From Candidatus Binataceae bacterium (GTDB lineage: Bacteria > Desulfobacterota > Binatia > Binatales > Binataceae), in assembly GCA_035295545.1 (NCBI GenBank), contig DATGIT010000004.1, forward strand, positions 90,217-154,216: a DNA stretch of 64,000 nucleotides, read 5' to 3'. The notes below the pieces were generated by a model, which was given only the letters and a program-made list of their open reading frames with translations, had not been told where the DNA came from and made no database searches. Below, in pieces: positions 18,644 through 27,844 of this stretch (position 1 is its first letter; every line of letters starts with the position of its first letter). The translations under genes and the position numbers were made by a program.

Positions 18644-19930
18644 TCATGTATCGATCTTCACCAGCTCGACCCCGAATTGCGCCGCCGCGTTACCGCCCAT
18701 CATGCGCGCCAGCGTCGGCTCGTCGATGCGCGCGCGCGTGAGTGTCTCGATGGCTTCGAGCGCGCCGGTCGTGTCGTGATTGGGGTAGCGCGATCCCCAG
18801 ACGACCTTGTGCGCGAAGTCGTGCGGCAGCTTTTGTATCAGCCGTTCCTCGGCGTCGAAGCCGAGCATCACGTTGCCCTCTTCCCACATTTCCTCGGTGT
18901 CGGTGCGGACGGGATAGTAATGCAGCGGCGGGATCGTGCGGGTCGAGGCCTCCATCTTCTCCAGCACTTCCTCCATCCATGAGGCCTTGCCGTGGGCGAC
19001 CACCACTTTCATCTTCGGGTAGCGCTGCATCACGGTGAAACCAATCAACGTGGCCGCGACGAACATGTGGTTGTCGAGCCAGTACGAAATACTCGGCGCG
19101 ATCGGATGGCCGAGCGGCGGTGTGGCGACGAAAGTGAATCCATGGTGGCCGCCGCCGCCCGCATGCGGTCCGCCGCCGGCTTCCGCGATGACCGAGCGCT
19201 GATTGATGCGCCGCTTGACCTTTTCAAAAAACGGCGCGTGCGAGGTCCATTCGGGATTCCACAGACCGCTCGCGGCATGCACCGCGGCGGCAAGCCCGAG
19301 AGCCTCGAGCTCGGCCCACAGCGGCTCATAGTACGGATGCGTGAAGTAATGACCTTCGAGGAACATCGGGCGGATGAACGCGGCGCGCAGGCAGGGAATC
19401 CGCGCCACGCGGCGCAATTCCGCCACCGTGTAATCCATATTCTGCAGCGGCACCATCGCCGCCGCGAACAGCCGGCCGGGCGCCGCCTTGCAGAAGTCGG
19501 CGATCCAATCGTTGTACGCGCGCGCCAGCGCATAGGCGACGTCCGGATCGTCCACCAGATGGAAGCCCTCCGCGAACCAGGTCGGATAGAGGAACGCCTG
19601 GTCGATCCCCATGGCGTCCATGTCGCGCAGACGCGCCTGCGCGTCCGAAGCTCCGGCGCACATCGGATGGCGCCGGCTGGGGTCGAGCTCGCCCACCTGG
19701 TCCCAGGTCATTCCCGGCCGCCAAATCGCGTGGCGCGGGATGTTTGAATTCATCTGGTCGCGAAAGATCTTCCCATTGACCTTCAGGTACGAACCGAATT
19801 TACCCTCTTCGCGCCACAGCGCATGCTTGCCTAACGTCCGGTACTCGGGGTCCAGGTACCCGGTCCAAAGCTCCGCGGGCTCAACCACGTGCGAATCGCC
19901 GTCGAACACCGGGAAACGCCAGTTCGCCAT
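18644..19930 (-). CDS. Amidohydrolase_2 family metal-dependent hydrolase/decarboxylase (ACMSD/LigW-like)
   Basis: ATG 19930 follows GGAGG. The FDGDSHVVEP metal-ligand motif is at the N-terminus, and VVWGSRYPNHD near the C-terminus. Confidence 0.8.
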   Translation of the reverse strand: MANWRFPVFDGDSHVVEPAELWTGYLDPEYRTLGKHALWREEGKFGSYLKVNGKIFRDQMNSNIPRHAIWRPGMTWDQVGELDPSRRHPMCAGASDAQARLRDMDAMGIDQAFLYPTWFAEGFHLVDDPDVAYALARAYNDWIADFCKAAPGRLFAAAMVPLQNMDYTVAELRRVARIPCLRAAFIRPMFLEGHYFTHPYYEPLWAELEALGLAAAVHAASGLWNPEWTSHAPFFEKVKRRINQRSVIAEAGGGPHAGGGGHHGFTFVATPPLGHPIAPSISYWLDNHMFVAATLIGFTVMQRYPKMKVVVAHGKASWMEEVLEKMEASTRTIPPLHYYPVRTDTEEMWEEGNVMLGFDAEERLIQKLPHDFAHKVVWGSRYPNHDTTGALEAIETLTRARIDEPTLARMMGGNAAAQFGVELVKIDT

Positions 19931-19953
19931 GGCGCACAATGCCTCCTCGGTTG

Positions 19954-21360
19954 TTAGCGCGCGCCGTCGGAGCGCGGACGCAGCAGCGAAGCTTCAGGCG
20001 CGAGCGACCTTTTCACCTCATCCTCGGATGGCCACCAATCGGGCCGCTCGATCTCGGTTACGCGATCGCGGATGAAAGCCTTCGGCGCATCGATGTGATA
20101 GAGCTTGCGCGCGTTCTCGCCCAGGAACTTGGCCTGGTAGCGCTCAGGCAGCTCGCATTTGCGCATCGTCTCGATCGCCCGCCACGCATCGTCGCCGTCG
20201 TGATGATAAACGTCGGAGGACCACGCCAGGATGTTCTCGTAAAATTCGGGCAGCCGCGAAGGCGGCGCTTCGTCGCCTTCGAAGCCGGTGACGCAATGTT
20301 CGAAGAAGGTCTCGCTCGGCAGACGCTTGAGCGGCGGCAACTGGCGCTCGTTGCGATAGAGCCGATAATGCTTGTCGCATTCGTCCAGGGTGAAGCTGAG
20401 CCAGGTGGAGGACGCCTCGAATACCGCCGCCCTGAGCTTTTTGTAGCGCTCGAAAAATCCCGTCATCAGAACCATCGCGACCCACAGCGACGCCTCGGCC
20501 TGGAAGTCCTGCACGTTGACCAGGAAGGAATGGGGCAGGCCCGAAGTTGAAGCGGCAAGGGCAATCAGTTCCGCGCCCGAGTGCTGCTCGGTATAACCCG
20601 GCGGCTTGAGCGAGCCGAAGGCGGGAAACGGATGCATCCCGTACACCAGCCCGGTGTCCTCCATCGCGCGCCACACCCGATCGTACTTGGGCTGGATCGG
20701 ATAGTTGCCATTCGCGTCGATCGGCCGCACCAGCCCGACGCGGCATCCCTTTGCGGCGACGCGATAGATCTCCTGTTCGGCGAATTTCGCATCCTGCATC
20801 GGCAGCATCGCCGCGAAGAACAGGCGCTGCGGATTCTCCTGGCAATACTCGTACGCCCAGTCGTTGTACGCCTTGCACATCGCCTTGGCGCCAACCGCAT
20901 TCTGCAGCCACGGATAGGTATCGATATCGGTCGGGATGATCATCACCTGGTCGATACCCTGAATGTCCATGTCTCTGAGGCGCGGCTGGGGTTCGTAGGA
21001 TCCCTTGTGATCGAGGTAGTCCGCCTGTTCGACGGTGAGCGCGGTCTCGCGCCTGAGGTTGCGTACGTTGAGCGCGCGCTGGATGTCGTGCTTGAGGCCG
21101 GGGCCCGCCAGCGAGAGCACGTTGACCATGCCGGGCGTGCCGTGGATGCGCTGCGAACCGATTCCGCTGCCGGCTTTGCCGTTGACGATTAGCTGCTCGG
21201 TTTCCGCGTCGAACCAGATCGTGTTCTTGAGCGCTTCGAGTTCATCGCTGGTGAGCCAGTCCCTGGCGCGCTGCCACAGCCACGGCGGTTCGGTGACGTG
21301 GGCGTCGCAATCGAAGACCGCGAAATTCTTCGACATCGGAGCGAATTTCTGGACCGGCAT
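19954..21360 (-). CDS. Amidohydrolase_2 family metal-dependent hydrolase/decarboxylase
   Basis: GGGAGG SD upstream. FDCDAHVTEPPWLW motif and WSSDVYHHDG near the C-terminus. 468 aa. Confidence 0.8.
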   Translation of the reverse strand: MPVQKFAPMSKNFAVFDCDAHVTEPPWLWQRARDWLTSDELEALKNTIWFDAETEQLIVNGKAGSGIGSQRIHGTPGMVNVLSLAGPGLKHDIQRALNVRNLRRETALTVEQADYLDHKGSYEPQPRLRDMDIQGIDQVMIIPTDIDTYPWLQNAVGAKAMCKAYNDWAYEYCQENPQRLFFAAMLPMQDAKFAEQEIYRVAAKGCRVGLVRPIDANGNYPIQPKYDRVWRAMEDTGLVYGMHPFPAFGSLKPPGYTEQHSGAELIALAASTSGLPHSFLVNVQDFQAEASLWVAMVLMTGFFERYKKLRAAVFEASSTWLSFTLDECDKHYRLYRNERQLPPLKRLPSETFFEHCVTGFEGDEAPPSRLPEFYENILAWSSDVYHHDGDDAWRAIETMRKCELPERYQAKFLGENARKLYHIDAPKAFIRDRVTEIERPDWWPSEDEVKRSLAPEASLLRPRSDGAR

Positions 21361-21409
21361 CGTCGGCCTCCCTGATTCGGTTTGAAACTACCCCAGCTTA
21401 CCTGCGGCT

Positions 21410-22408
21410 CTAAATCGTCTCCAGCCACACATTCGGGTTCGTGACCGCCCCGTGGCGCGCGAAAATCGCGTCGATCTCGCGCATGTCGGCATCCGCGATC
21501 GACCATCCAAGCGCGCCAACGTTGTCGTCGACCTCGCGCGGATTGCGGCATCCCACCAGCGCGGTGCTGACCACCGGATTCGACAGCGTCCAGCGCAGGG
21601 CGAGTTGCGGCAGGCTCTTGCCGTAGCGTTCTGCCACTCCTTTCAGATCCTCGACCGCGCGCAGGTTTTTGAGAAAGTGGTCGGGGCCGAACAGATGCTG
21701 GAACAGGTTGAGGTTCATCAACTGGCCGCGCTTGGCCCGCCAATCACCCTTTTCAAAGGCGGTCTCCTCGCTGAGCGTGCCGGTCAGCATCCCGTACGCC
21801 AGCGAGCCGTACGCCATCACCCCGATACCGTTTTCCCGGCAGTACGGAAAAATCTCGGTCTGCATGCGTCGGTCGAACATGTTCCAGCAATACTGGACGA
21901 CGTCCACACGCCGCACCCCCATGCAGGCTTTAATCTCGTCCAGCTTGAAGTTCGAGAGACCGACCGCGCGCGCCTTGCCCTGCCTGACGATCTCATCCAA
22001 CGCGGTCATCGTCTCCTCGAACGGAACCGTGCGATCGGGCCAGTGGATCAGGTACACGTCAACGTAGTCAGTGTTCAGCGCCGCTAGGCTCTTTTCAATC
22101 GATTCCATCACGCGTGCGCGCGAGCTGTCACGGTAGTTGGGCTTGCCCGGATAGCCGACGCCGAACTTGGTCGTGATTACGGCATCCTTGCGCCGCGCGC
22201 CGAGCGCCTTGGCCAGGGACTTTTCCGATGCGCCCATTCCGTATGCCTCGGCGGTGTCGAAGCTGTTCAGCCCGATATCGAGCGCCCGGTTCACCGCCTT
22301 GATGAATTCCGTCTCCTCGATGCTGCCGTAGCCGCCGCCGATCTCCCAGCAGCCGAAGCCGATTGCCGAGATCTCGATGCCGGTTTTGCCGAATGGGCGG
22401 TATTCCAT
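21410..22408 (-). CDS. Aldo/keto reductase
   Basis: MEYRPFGKTGIEISAIGFGCWEIGG...FDTAEAYG...VDVYLIHWPD are canonical AKR motifs. Confidence 0.85.
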   Translation of the reverse strand: MEYRPFGKTGIEISAIGFGCWEIGGGYGSIEETEFIKAVNRALDIGLNSFDTAEAYGMGASEKSLAKALGARRKDAVITTKFGVGYPGKPNYRDSSRARVMESIEKSLAALNTDYVDVYLIHWPDRTVPFEETMTALDEIVRQGKARAVGLSNFKLDEIKACMGVRRVDVVQYCWNMFDRRMQTEIFPYCRENGIGVMAYGSLAYGMLTGTLSEETAFEKGDWRAKRGQLMNLNLFQHLFGPDHFLKNLRAVEDLKGVAERYGKSLPQLALRWTLSNPVVSTALVGCRNPREVDDNVGALGWSIADADMREIDAIFARHGAVTNPNVWLETI

Positions 22409-22588
22409 TTTGTTCTTCTCCCCTTATGCGCGCGCGGTGGCCCTGCCGATGGCCGGGCCATTCAAGTTCCGGTTCAGCGTCGCACCTCCGACGGCCGCGT
22501 TGCAAACGCCACGGCCGCTGATTTGGATTGAGGATCTCTTCTGCTAGATCAGCGGTCGTATTTAACGCGGTCCGGAGGCAAGCGGGTC

Positions 22589-23374
22589 ATGAAATACGCA
22601 ATTGTGACGGGCGGCGCTCGCGGCATCGGCCTTGGCATCGTGCGCGCGCTGCTCACGGAAAACGTCGTGGATCGGGTCGCGGTCGTCGATCGCGCGCTGG
22701 CGCCGGCGCCGGCGGATCTGGCCGATCGCATCGAGGGCTTCGACGGCGACGTGACCGACGAGGCCGCGATGCACGCGGTGGTGGAAAAAATCACCGCCCG
22801 CTGCGGACCGCACCCCGACGTGCTGTGCAACAACGCCGGCGGCGGCGAGTCGCGATGGTTCGAGAGCGGCGGCGACACCGAATGGCACAGCCTCGACATC
22901 TGGCGCCGCTACGTCGAGTTGAATCTGAATTCGGTCTACCTCGTATCGAAGGAAGTCGTGCCGCGGATGGTCGCGGGCGCCGCGGTCTGCAACACCTCGT
23001 CGATCGCCGGCATGCTCGCAACCCCGGTGCTCGCGGCGTATGCGGCCGCGAAGGCCGGGGTCATTTCCTATACCCGCACGCTGGCGCTGCAACTGGGAGC
23101 CAGGGGAATCCGCGTGAACGCGGTCGCGCCCGGCCTGATCTATACGAAGATCTGGGAGGAGTTGGGCGCGGCGCTCGGCGGTGGCGCCCAGCAGGCGCGT
23201 GCCACCTTCGATATGACGGTGCGATTACTGACGCCGCTCGGGCGCGAGCAGACGCCCGACGACATCGGCAGAACGGTTTCGTTTTTGTGCTCGGAGCGCG
23301 CCGCCAACATCACCGGGCAGGTGGTCGCGGTCGACGGGGGAATCGTGCTGGGACGTCCGCCATTGCGCGGATAA
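22589..23374 (+). CDS. Short-chain dehydrogenase/reductase (SDR)
   Basis: GGAGG SD upstream. TGGARGIGLGI cofactor motif, NNAG, and YAAAKAG (YxxxK). Confidence 0.85.
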   Translation: MKYAIVTGGARGIGLGIVRALLTENVVDRVAVVDRALAPAPADLADRIEGFDGDVTDEAAMHAVVEKITARCGPHPDVLCNNAGGGESRWFESGGDTEWHSLDIWRRYVELNLNSVYLVSKEVVPRMVAGAAVCNTSSIAGMLATPVLAAYAAAKAGVISYTRTLALQLGARGIRVNAVAPGLIYTKIWEELGAALGGGAQQARATFDMTVRLLTPLGREQTPDDIGRTVSFLCSERAANITGQVVAVDGGIVLGRPPLRG

Positions 23375-23479
23375 CCCGCCGCTCTCGCCGCGCAGGTCGT
23401 GGCGCTCAGGCGCATTTGCCACGGACGAGGACCTTTGCAATAAACGCAGGCGAGAACCGAGCCTGCTGGAGGGCACAGA

Positions 23480-24544
23480 ATGGACTACGGCTTCGCCTTT
23501 CTTTCAGCCACCGACATTTACAAGGACGTGGCGCTGGCCGAACGAAAAGGCTTCACGCACGCCTGGCTGTACGACACGCAAATGATATGCGCCGACGTTT
23601 TTCAGTGCCTGGCGCTCTGCGCGGTACACACCAAGAAAATCAAGCTGGGAACCAACGTCACCAATCCGCTCTCGCGCATCGCGCCCGTGACCGCGAACAA
23701 TTTCGCAACCTTGAACCTTCTCGCCCCCGGACGGGCGATCATGGGCATCGGTACCGGCAACACCGCACGGCGCACGCTGGGCATGCCGGCAGCCAAGCTT
23801 TCCGAACTGCGCGAACACGTCACCATCTGTCGCGGATTGCTGGCTGGACAGACCGTGCCTTACCAGGAACACGACCGGCGTCGGATGATTCGTTTTCTCA
23901 ATCCGACGGGCGGATGGATCAACCTCAAGAAGAAGGTGCCGATTTATGTGGCGGCCAGCGGTCCCAGGACGCTGGAACTCGCCGGCGAGATCGGCGACGG
24001 CGTCATCCTGTTCGGCGCGGTCGGCGACAGCCTGCTCGAGTACACGCTGGGCCATGTCCGGCGCGGCGCCGAGCGTGCGGGCAAGCGGCTCGAAGACCTG
24101 TACATCTGCGTGCTCACCGCCTTTCACGTGGCGAAGCCGGGCGAAAAACTGGCGCAGATGCAACGCGCCGTGGGTTCCTACGTGACCTCCGAGTGCAACA
24201 TCTTTGCGCTCTCGGTGAAGGACCCGAGCGACCTGCCCTCCGACATCCGCGAGGACCTGATGCGGTTCCGCGACGCCTATCGCACGCCGGACGCTCCGAT
24301 CGAAACGCGCCATCTCGATCTATACTCGGGTTATGTGCATGACTTTAAACAGGAGCATGCGCCGCTGGTGACCGAAAAAATTCTGAAGGAAACGACGCTC
24401 ACCGGGACCCCGGAAGAACTCGCGGCCAGAGTAAAGGCGATGCGGCGCATGGGCGTGAAACAGATTGCGGTGCATGGCGGCACGCGCGCCGGCGCACCGC
24501 AGGTGATCGCGGATTTCGCCAGATACGTGATCGCCAGGCGTTAA
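23480..24544 (+). CDS. LLM class oxidoreductase, probably F420-dependent (Mer-like)
   Basis: GGAGGG SD upstream. GFTHAWLYDTQ, KLGTNVTNPLSRIAPVTANNFATLN, GRAIMGIGTG and YVAASGPRTLELAGEIGDGVILF match the F420-type LLM pattern. Confidence 0.75.
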   Translation: MDYGFAFLSATDIYKDVALAERKGFTHAWLYDTQMICADVFQCLALCAVHTKKIKLGTNVTNPLSRIAPVTANNFATLNLLAPGRAIMGIGTGNTARRTLGMPAAKLSELREHVTICRGLLAGQTVPYQEHDRRRMIRFLNPTGGWINLKKKVPIYVAASGPRTLELAGEIGDGVILFGAVGDSLLEYTLGHVRRGAERAGKRLEDLYICVLTAFHVAKPGEKLAQMQRAVGSYVTSECNIFALSVKDPSDLPSDIREDLMRFRDAYRTPDAPIETRHLDLYSGYVHDFKQEHAPLVTEKILKETTLTGTPEELAARVKAMRRMGVKQIAVHGGTRAGAPQVIADFARYVIARR

Positions 24545-24624
24545 CCGAACCGGGCGAAGCCGTGCGCTCGCCACGTCCCCGGCAGGACAATGTACCGCCG
24601 GCGGTTGAACGGGAGTGAATCATC

Positions 24625-25815
24625 ATGAGCGGCTACAGCATCATCGACGCCGACACCCACGTCACCGAAACGCCCGACCTGTGGACCAGCCGCGCGCCCG
24701 CGAGCATGCGCGATCGCGTGCCGCACGTCATCACCGCGGCCGACGGCACCCAGCGATGGGTGGTCGGCACGGGCCGGCCGCTGGCCAACGTCGGGATGAC
24801 CGCCACGGCTGGAGTCGGCAGCTTCAAGCATCCACCGAAGAGCTACGAAGAGATGCATCCCGGCGCTTACGATGCGCACGCGCGCCTCAAATACATGGAC
24901 CAGATGGGAATCTGGGCGATGGTCATGTATCCGAACGTCGGCGGCTTTGGCGCACAGCAGTTTCTGAAGCTCAATGACCCCGAGCTGATGCTCACCTGCG
25001 TGCAGATCTACAACGACTGGCAGACCGAATGGGCCTCGGCAGACTCGCGCCGCCTGCTCCCCATCACGTCCATTCCGTTCTGGGACGTGGACGCGGCGGT
25101 CAAGGAGGTGCGCCGCTGCGCTGCGATGGGTCACAAGGGAATCCTGTTCACGGGGGAGCCGCAGTATTACGGCAAGCCGCTGCTGGGTGATCCTCATTGG
25201 AACCCGCTGTGGCAGGTCGCGGTGGAACTGGACCTGCCGATCAGCTTCCACATCGGCTCGGGCGATATGGCCGAAGGCATGATCAAGAGCCGCGTGGCGA
25301 TCTACGGCAAGATGGCAACCTTCGCCGAATTGGCCGTGGACATATTTCTGCGCAATGGCCTGCAACTGAACGATCTGCTGATGTCGGGCGTGCTGGTGCG
25401 CTACCCGGAGATCAAATTCGTGTCGGTCGAGAGTGGCATCGGATGGATTCCGTTCGTGCTCGAGGCGATGGACTATCAGTTTCAGGGCAACAGCGTTGTT
25501 GAAGAAAACCCGGCGTTCAAAATGCTCCCGTCCGAGTACTTCGCGCGCAACGTCTATGCCTGCTACTGGTTCGAGCAAACCGCGCCGCGCCGCCTGATCG
25601 ACAAGGTCGGCGTCGACAACGTCATGTTCGAAACCGATTTTCCCCATCCGACCTCGCTCTACGGCGACGAGGTGCACGCGCGCATCAAAGGCGGCCTCTC
25701 GGATTGCGAGGAAGCGGTGCAGCGCAAAATCCTGTGGTCCAACGCGCAGAAGCTGTATCGCGTCACGGAGCCGTCCCCGGCGGACGAGGCGAAACGCGCC
25801 GCATCGGCTGCCTGA
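24625..25815 (+). CDS. Amidohydrolase_2 family metal-dependent hydrolase/decarboxylase
   Basis: IIDADTHVTETPDLW and NVMFETDFPHP motifs. 396 aa. This is the third paralogous family member in 7 kb. Confidence 0.8.
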   Translation: MSGYSIIDADTHVTETPDLWTSRAPASMRDRVPHVITAADGTQRWVVGTGRPLANVGMTATAGVGSFKHPPKSYEEMHPGAYDAHARLKYMDQMGIWAMVMYPNVGGFGAQQFLKLNDPELMLTCVQIYNDWQTEWASADSRRLLPITSIPFWDVDAAVKEVRRCAAMGHKGILFTGEPQYYGKPLLGDPHWNPLWQVAVELDLPISFHIGSGDMAEGMIKSRVAIYGKMATFAELAVDIFLRNGLQLNDLLMSGVLVRYPEIKFVSVESGIGWIPFVLEAMDYQFQGNSVVEENPAFKMLPSEYFARNVYACYWFEQTAPRRLIDKVGVDNVMFETDFPHPTSLYGDEVHARIKGGLSDCEEAVQRKILWSNAQKLYRVTEPSPADEAKRAASAA

Positions 25816-25869
25816 TCGACGGGCGCAAACAGGCCCGCGCCGAGGCCGGCGGAAAACTGGAATTGTTAG

Positions 25870-27732
25870 TTGCCGTATCGGGAATTCAGACGGAAGGTCG
25901 CGATCGGCTATTTCACAGGGCTGATCGTCGCGCTGTCGGCGCTAGCCGGCTTGATATTGTGGAGTTTTCAGGACCAGGCCGCGATCGCGAGCTGGGTCGA
26001 ACACAGCGACAGGGTCATACAGCGCGCCAGTCACGTCGAGATTGAAGCGCGCCAGATGCAGTCAAACCAGCGCGCGTACTGGCTGACCTCCGACCGACGG
26101 TTCGTGGACCGCTTCACGGAGGCGCGCCGGGCGCTGGACCGCGACCTGACCGATCTGGCCGCGATGGTCGCCGATAACCGGGTCCAGGAACGGCAGGTGC
26201 TGGACATCAGCGATCTGAAAAACAGCTGGATCGCAGTGCTGGAACCGCTCGGCGCAGGCGCGGGCGAAGCGATTGACGGCAAAAAATCGCTGACGGCCTC
26301 GGATGCGCGTGCGAATGCCTTTTTCGCCGCGCTCAACAGGTTCGTCGCGGCGGAGGATGTCCTGCGCGCCCGCAGGTCCGAGCGTCAGATTGCCAGTCAC
26401 GAGATCGTCTTCGTGCTCGTTCCAATATTGACCGTGCTGGTGACGATCTTTCTGAGCTACTGGGGTTGGCGTCAGATACAGATCGGCACGGCAAGCTTCC
26501 GCGACTCGCTGGCCAATGCCGAACGTGCACGCGACGAGGCGCAGACCGCTCGCGAGCTGGCGGTGAGAGCGAGTCGTGCCAAGGATAATTTCATCAGCAC
26601 GGTCTCGCACGAATTGCGCACGCCGCTCAACTCGATCATGCTCTGGTCGGCCGCCCTGCTGCGCAAACCGAAAATTGACGATCGCCTCCAGGAGGGCCTC
26701 GCTGCCATCGATCGCGCGGTCAAGGCGCAGGCGCAGCTTATCGACGATCTGCTCGACATCTCGCGCATCGAAAGCGGCCGCATGCGCCTGGACGTGCAGC
26801 GAGTGAACCTCGCGGAGGTGGTGCGGGCCGGCGTCGAAAGCATGCGGCTGGGCGCCGAGGCAAAGTCGATCGAATTGCAGGAGATCATCGACCCGCGGGT
26901 CGACACCATCGCCGGCGATCCGGGGCGGCTGCAGCAGGTGGTCTGGAACCTGGTCTCGAATGCGGTCAAGTTCACTTCGAATGGCGGCAAAATTCAGGTC
27001 CGCCTCGAACGCATCAACTCGCACGTCGAGATCGTCGTCGCCGACACCGGGCAGGGAATCGAGCCCGCCGTCCTTGACTCTGTGTTCGATCGCTTCTGGC
27101 AGGCTGAAGACGGCGCGCACAGCCGGCACGGGGTCGGTCTCGGGTTGTCGATCGTAAAGGAGATCGTGGGACTGCACGGCGGTTCGGTCAGCGCCCACAG
27201 CGAGGGCGCGGGCAAAGGCAGCACCTTCATCGTAAGATTGCCGCTGCCGGTCAGCACCGTTCCATCCTTGGACTTGCGCCGCCATCCCACCGTCGCGCAG
27301 TCAGCAAATTCCGTGAAGCTCCCGCGGCTCGACGGATTGTCGATTCTGGTGGTTGACGACGAACCCGATGCGGGCGCAGCGCTGAAAAATCTACTCGATG
27401 CCGTGGGCGCAAACGTGGTTGTGTCACCATCCGCGCAATCGGCTCTGCGCATGCTGGAGGACCAGGCGTTCGACGCCATCATCTCCGACATCGGCATGCC
27501 CGTGCACGACGGCTACTTCATGGCGCGCGAGGTTCGCAAGTGGGAGCAGCGGAGCGCTCAGGACCGACGCATACCACTGATAGCGCTCACCGCGTACGGC
27601 AGAGTCGAGGACAAGCTCGAGATTTTGACCGCCGGCTTTGACGGACACGCGGTGAAGCCCGTGGAGCCGGCGGAACTGGCGACCATGCTGTCCGCGCTGG
27701 TCGCGGCACGCAAAGGCGTCGCTCAGGCATAG
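25870..27732 (+). CDS. Hybrid sensor histidine kinase (CHASE3-like periplasmic domain, HisKA, HATPase_c, C-terminal receiver)
   Basis: TTG start. Two TM helices flank a roughly 150-aa sensor domain. H-box FISTVSHELRTPLNS, G-boxes ADTGQGI and GVGLGLSIVK, and receiver ILVVDDEPD...ISDIGMP...KP. Confidence 0.8.
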   Translation: MPYREFRRKVAIGYFTGLIVALSALAGLILWSFQDQAAIASWVEHSDRVIQRASHVEIEARQMQSNQRAYWLTSDRRFVDRFTEARRALDRDLTDLAAMVADNRVQERQVLDISDLKNSWIAVLEPLGAGAGEAIDGKKSLTASDARANAFFAALNRFVAAEDVLRARRSERQIASHEIVFVLVPILTVLVTIFLSYWGWRQIQIGTASFRDSLANAERARDEAQTARELAVRASRAKDNFISTVSHELRTPLNSIMLWSAALLRKPKIDDRLQEGLAAIDRAVKAQAQLIDDLLDISRIESGRMRLDVQRVNLAEVVRAGVESMRLGAEAKSIELQEIIDPRVDTIAGDPGRLQQVVWNLVSNAVKFTSNGGKIQVRLERINSHVEIVVADTGQGIEPAVLDSVFDRFWQAEDGAHSRHGVGLGLSIVKEIVGLHGGSVSAHSEGAGKGSTFIVRLPLPVSTVPSLDLRRHPTVAQSANSVKLPRLDGLSILVVDDEPDAGAALKNLLDAVGANVVVSPSAQSALRMLEDQAFDAIISDIGMPVHDGYFMAREVRKWEQRSAQDRRIPLIALTAYGRVEDKLEILTAGFDGHAVKPVEPAELATMLSALVAARKGVAQA

Positions 27733-27844
27733 CATCGCCGCGTCAGCGCAATATTTTTTTGCCACCCCGCATGATTCCAGTGCGATCGGCTCGTTGGTAT
27801 CGGCTAGTATTGATCCGACCGTCATCGCCGGCCCCGACCTCATC

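Noticed and set aside
22528-24342. 604-aa plus-strand ORF overlapping the SDR and LLM genes
   Set aside because: It is an alternative frame of two well-supported genes with extreme Arg/Gly/Ala content and no domain signatures.
27733-27844. Possible c-di-AMP (ydaO/kimA-class) riboswitch ahead of the KimA-like gene
   Set aside because: The leader is shorter than that riboswitch class, and I could not recognise its pseudo-symmetric helices by eye. It needs an Infernal scan to settle.
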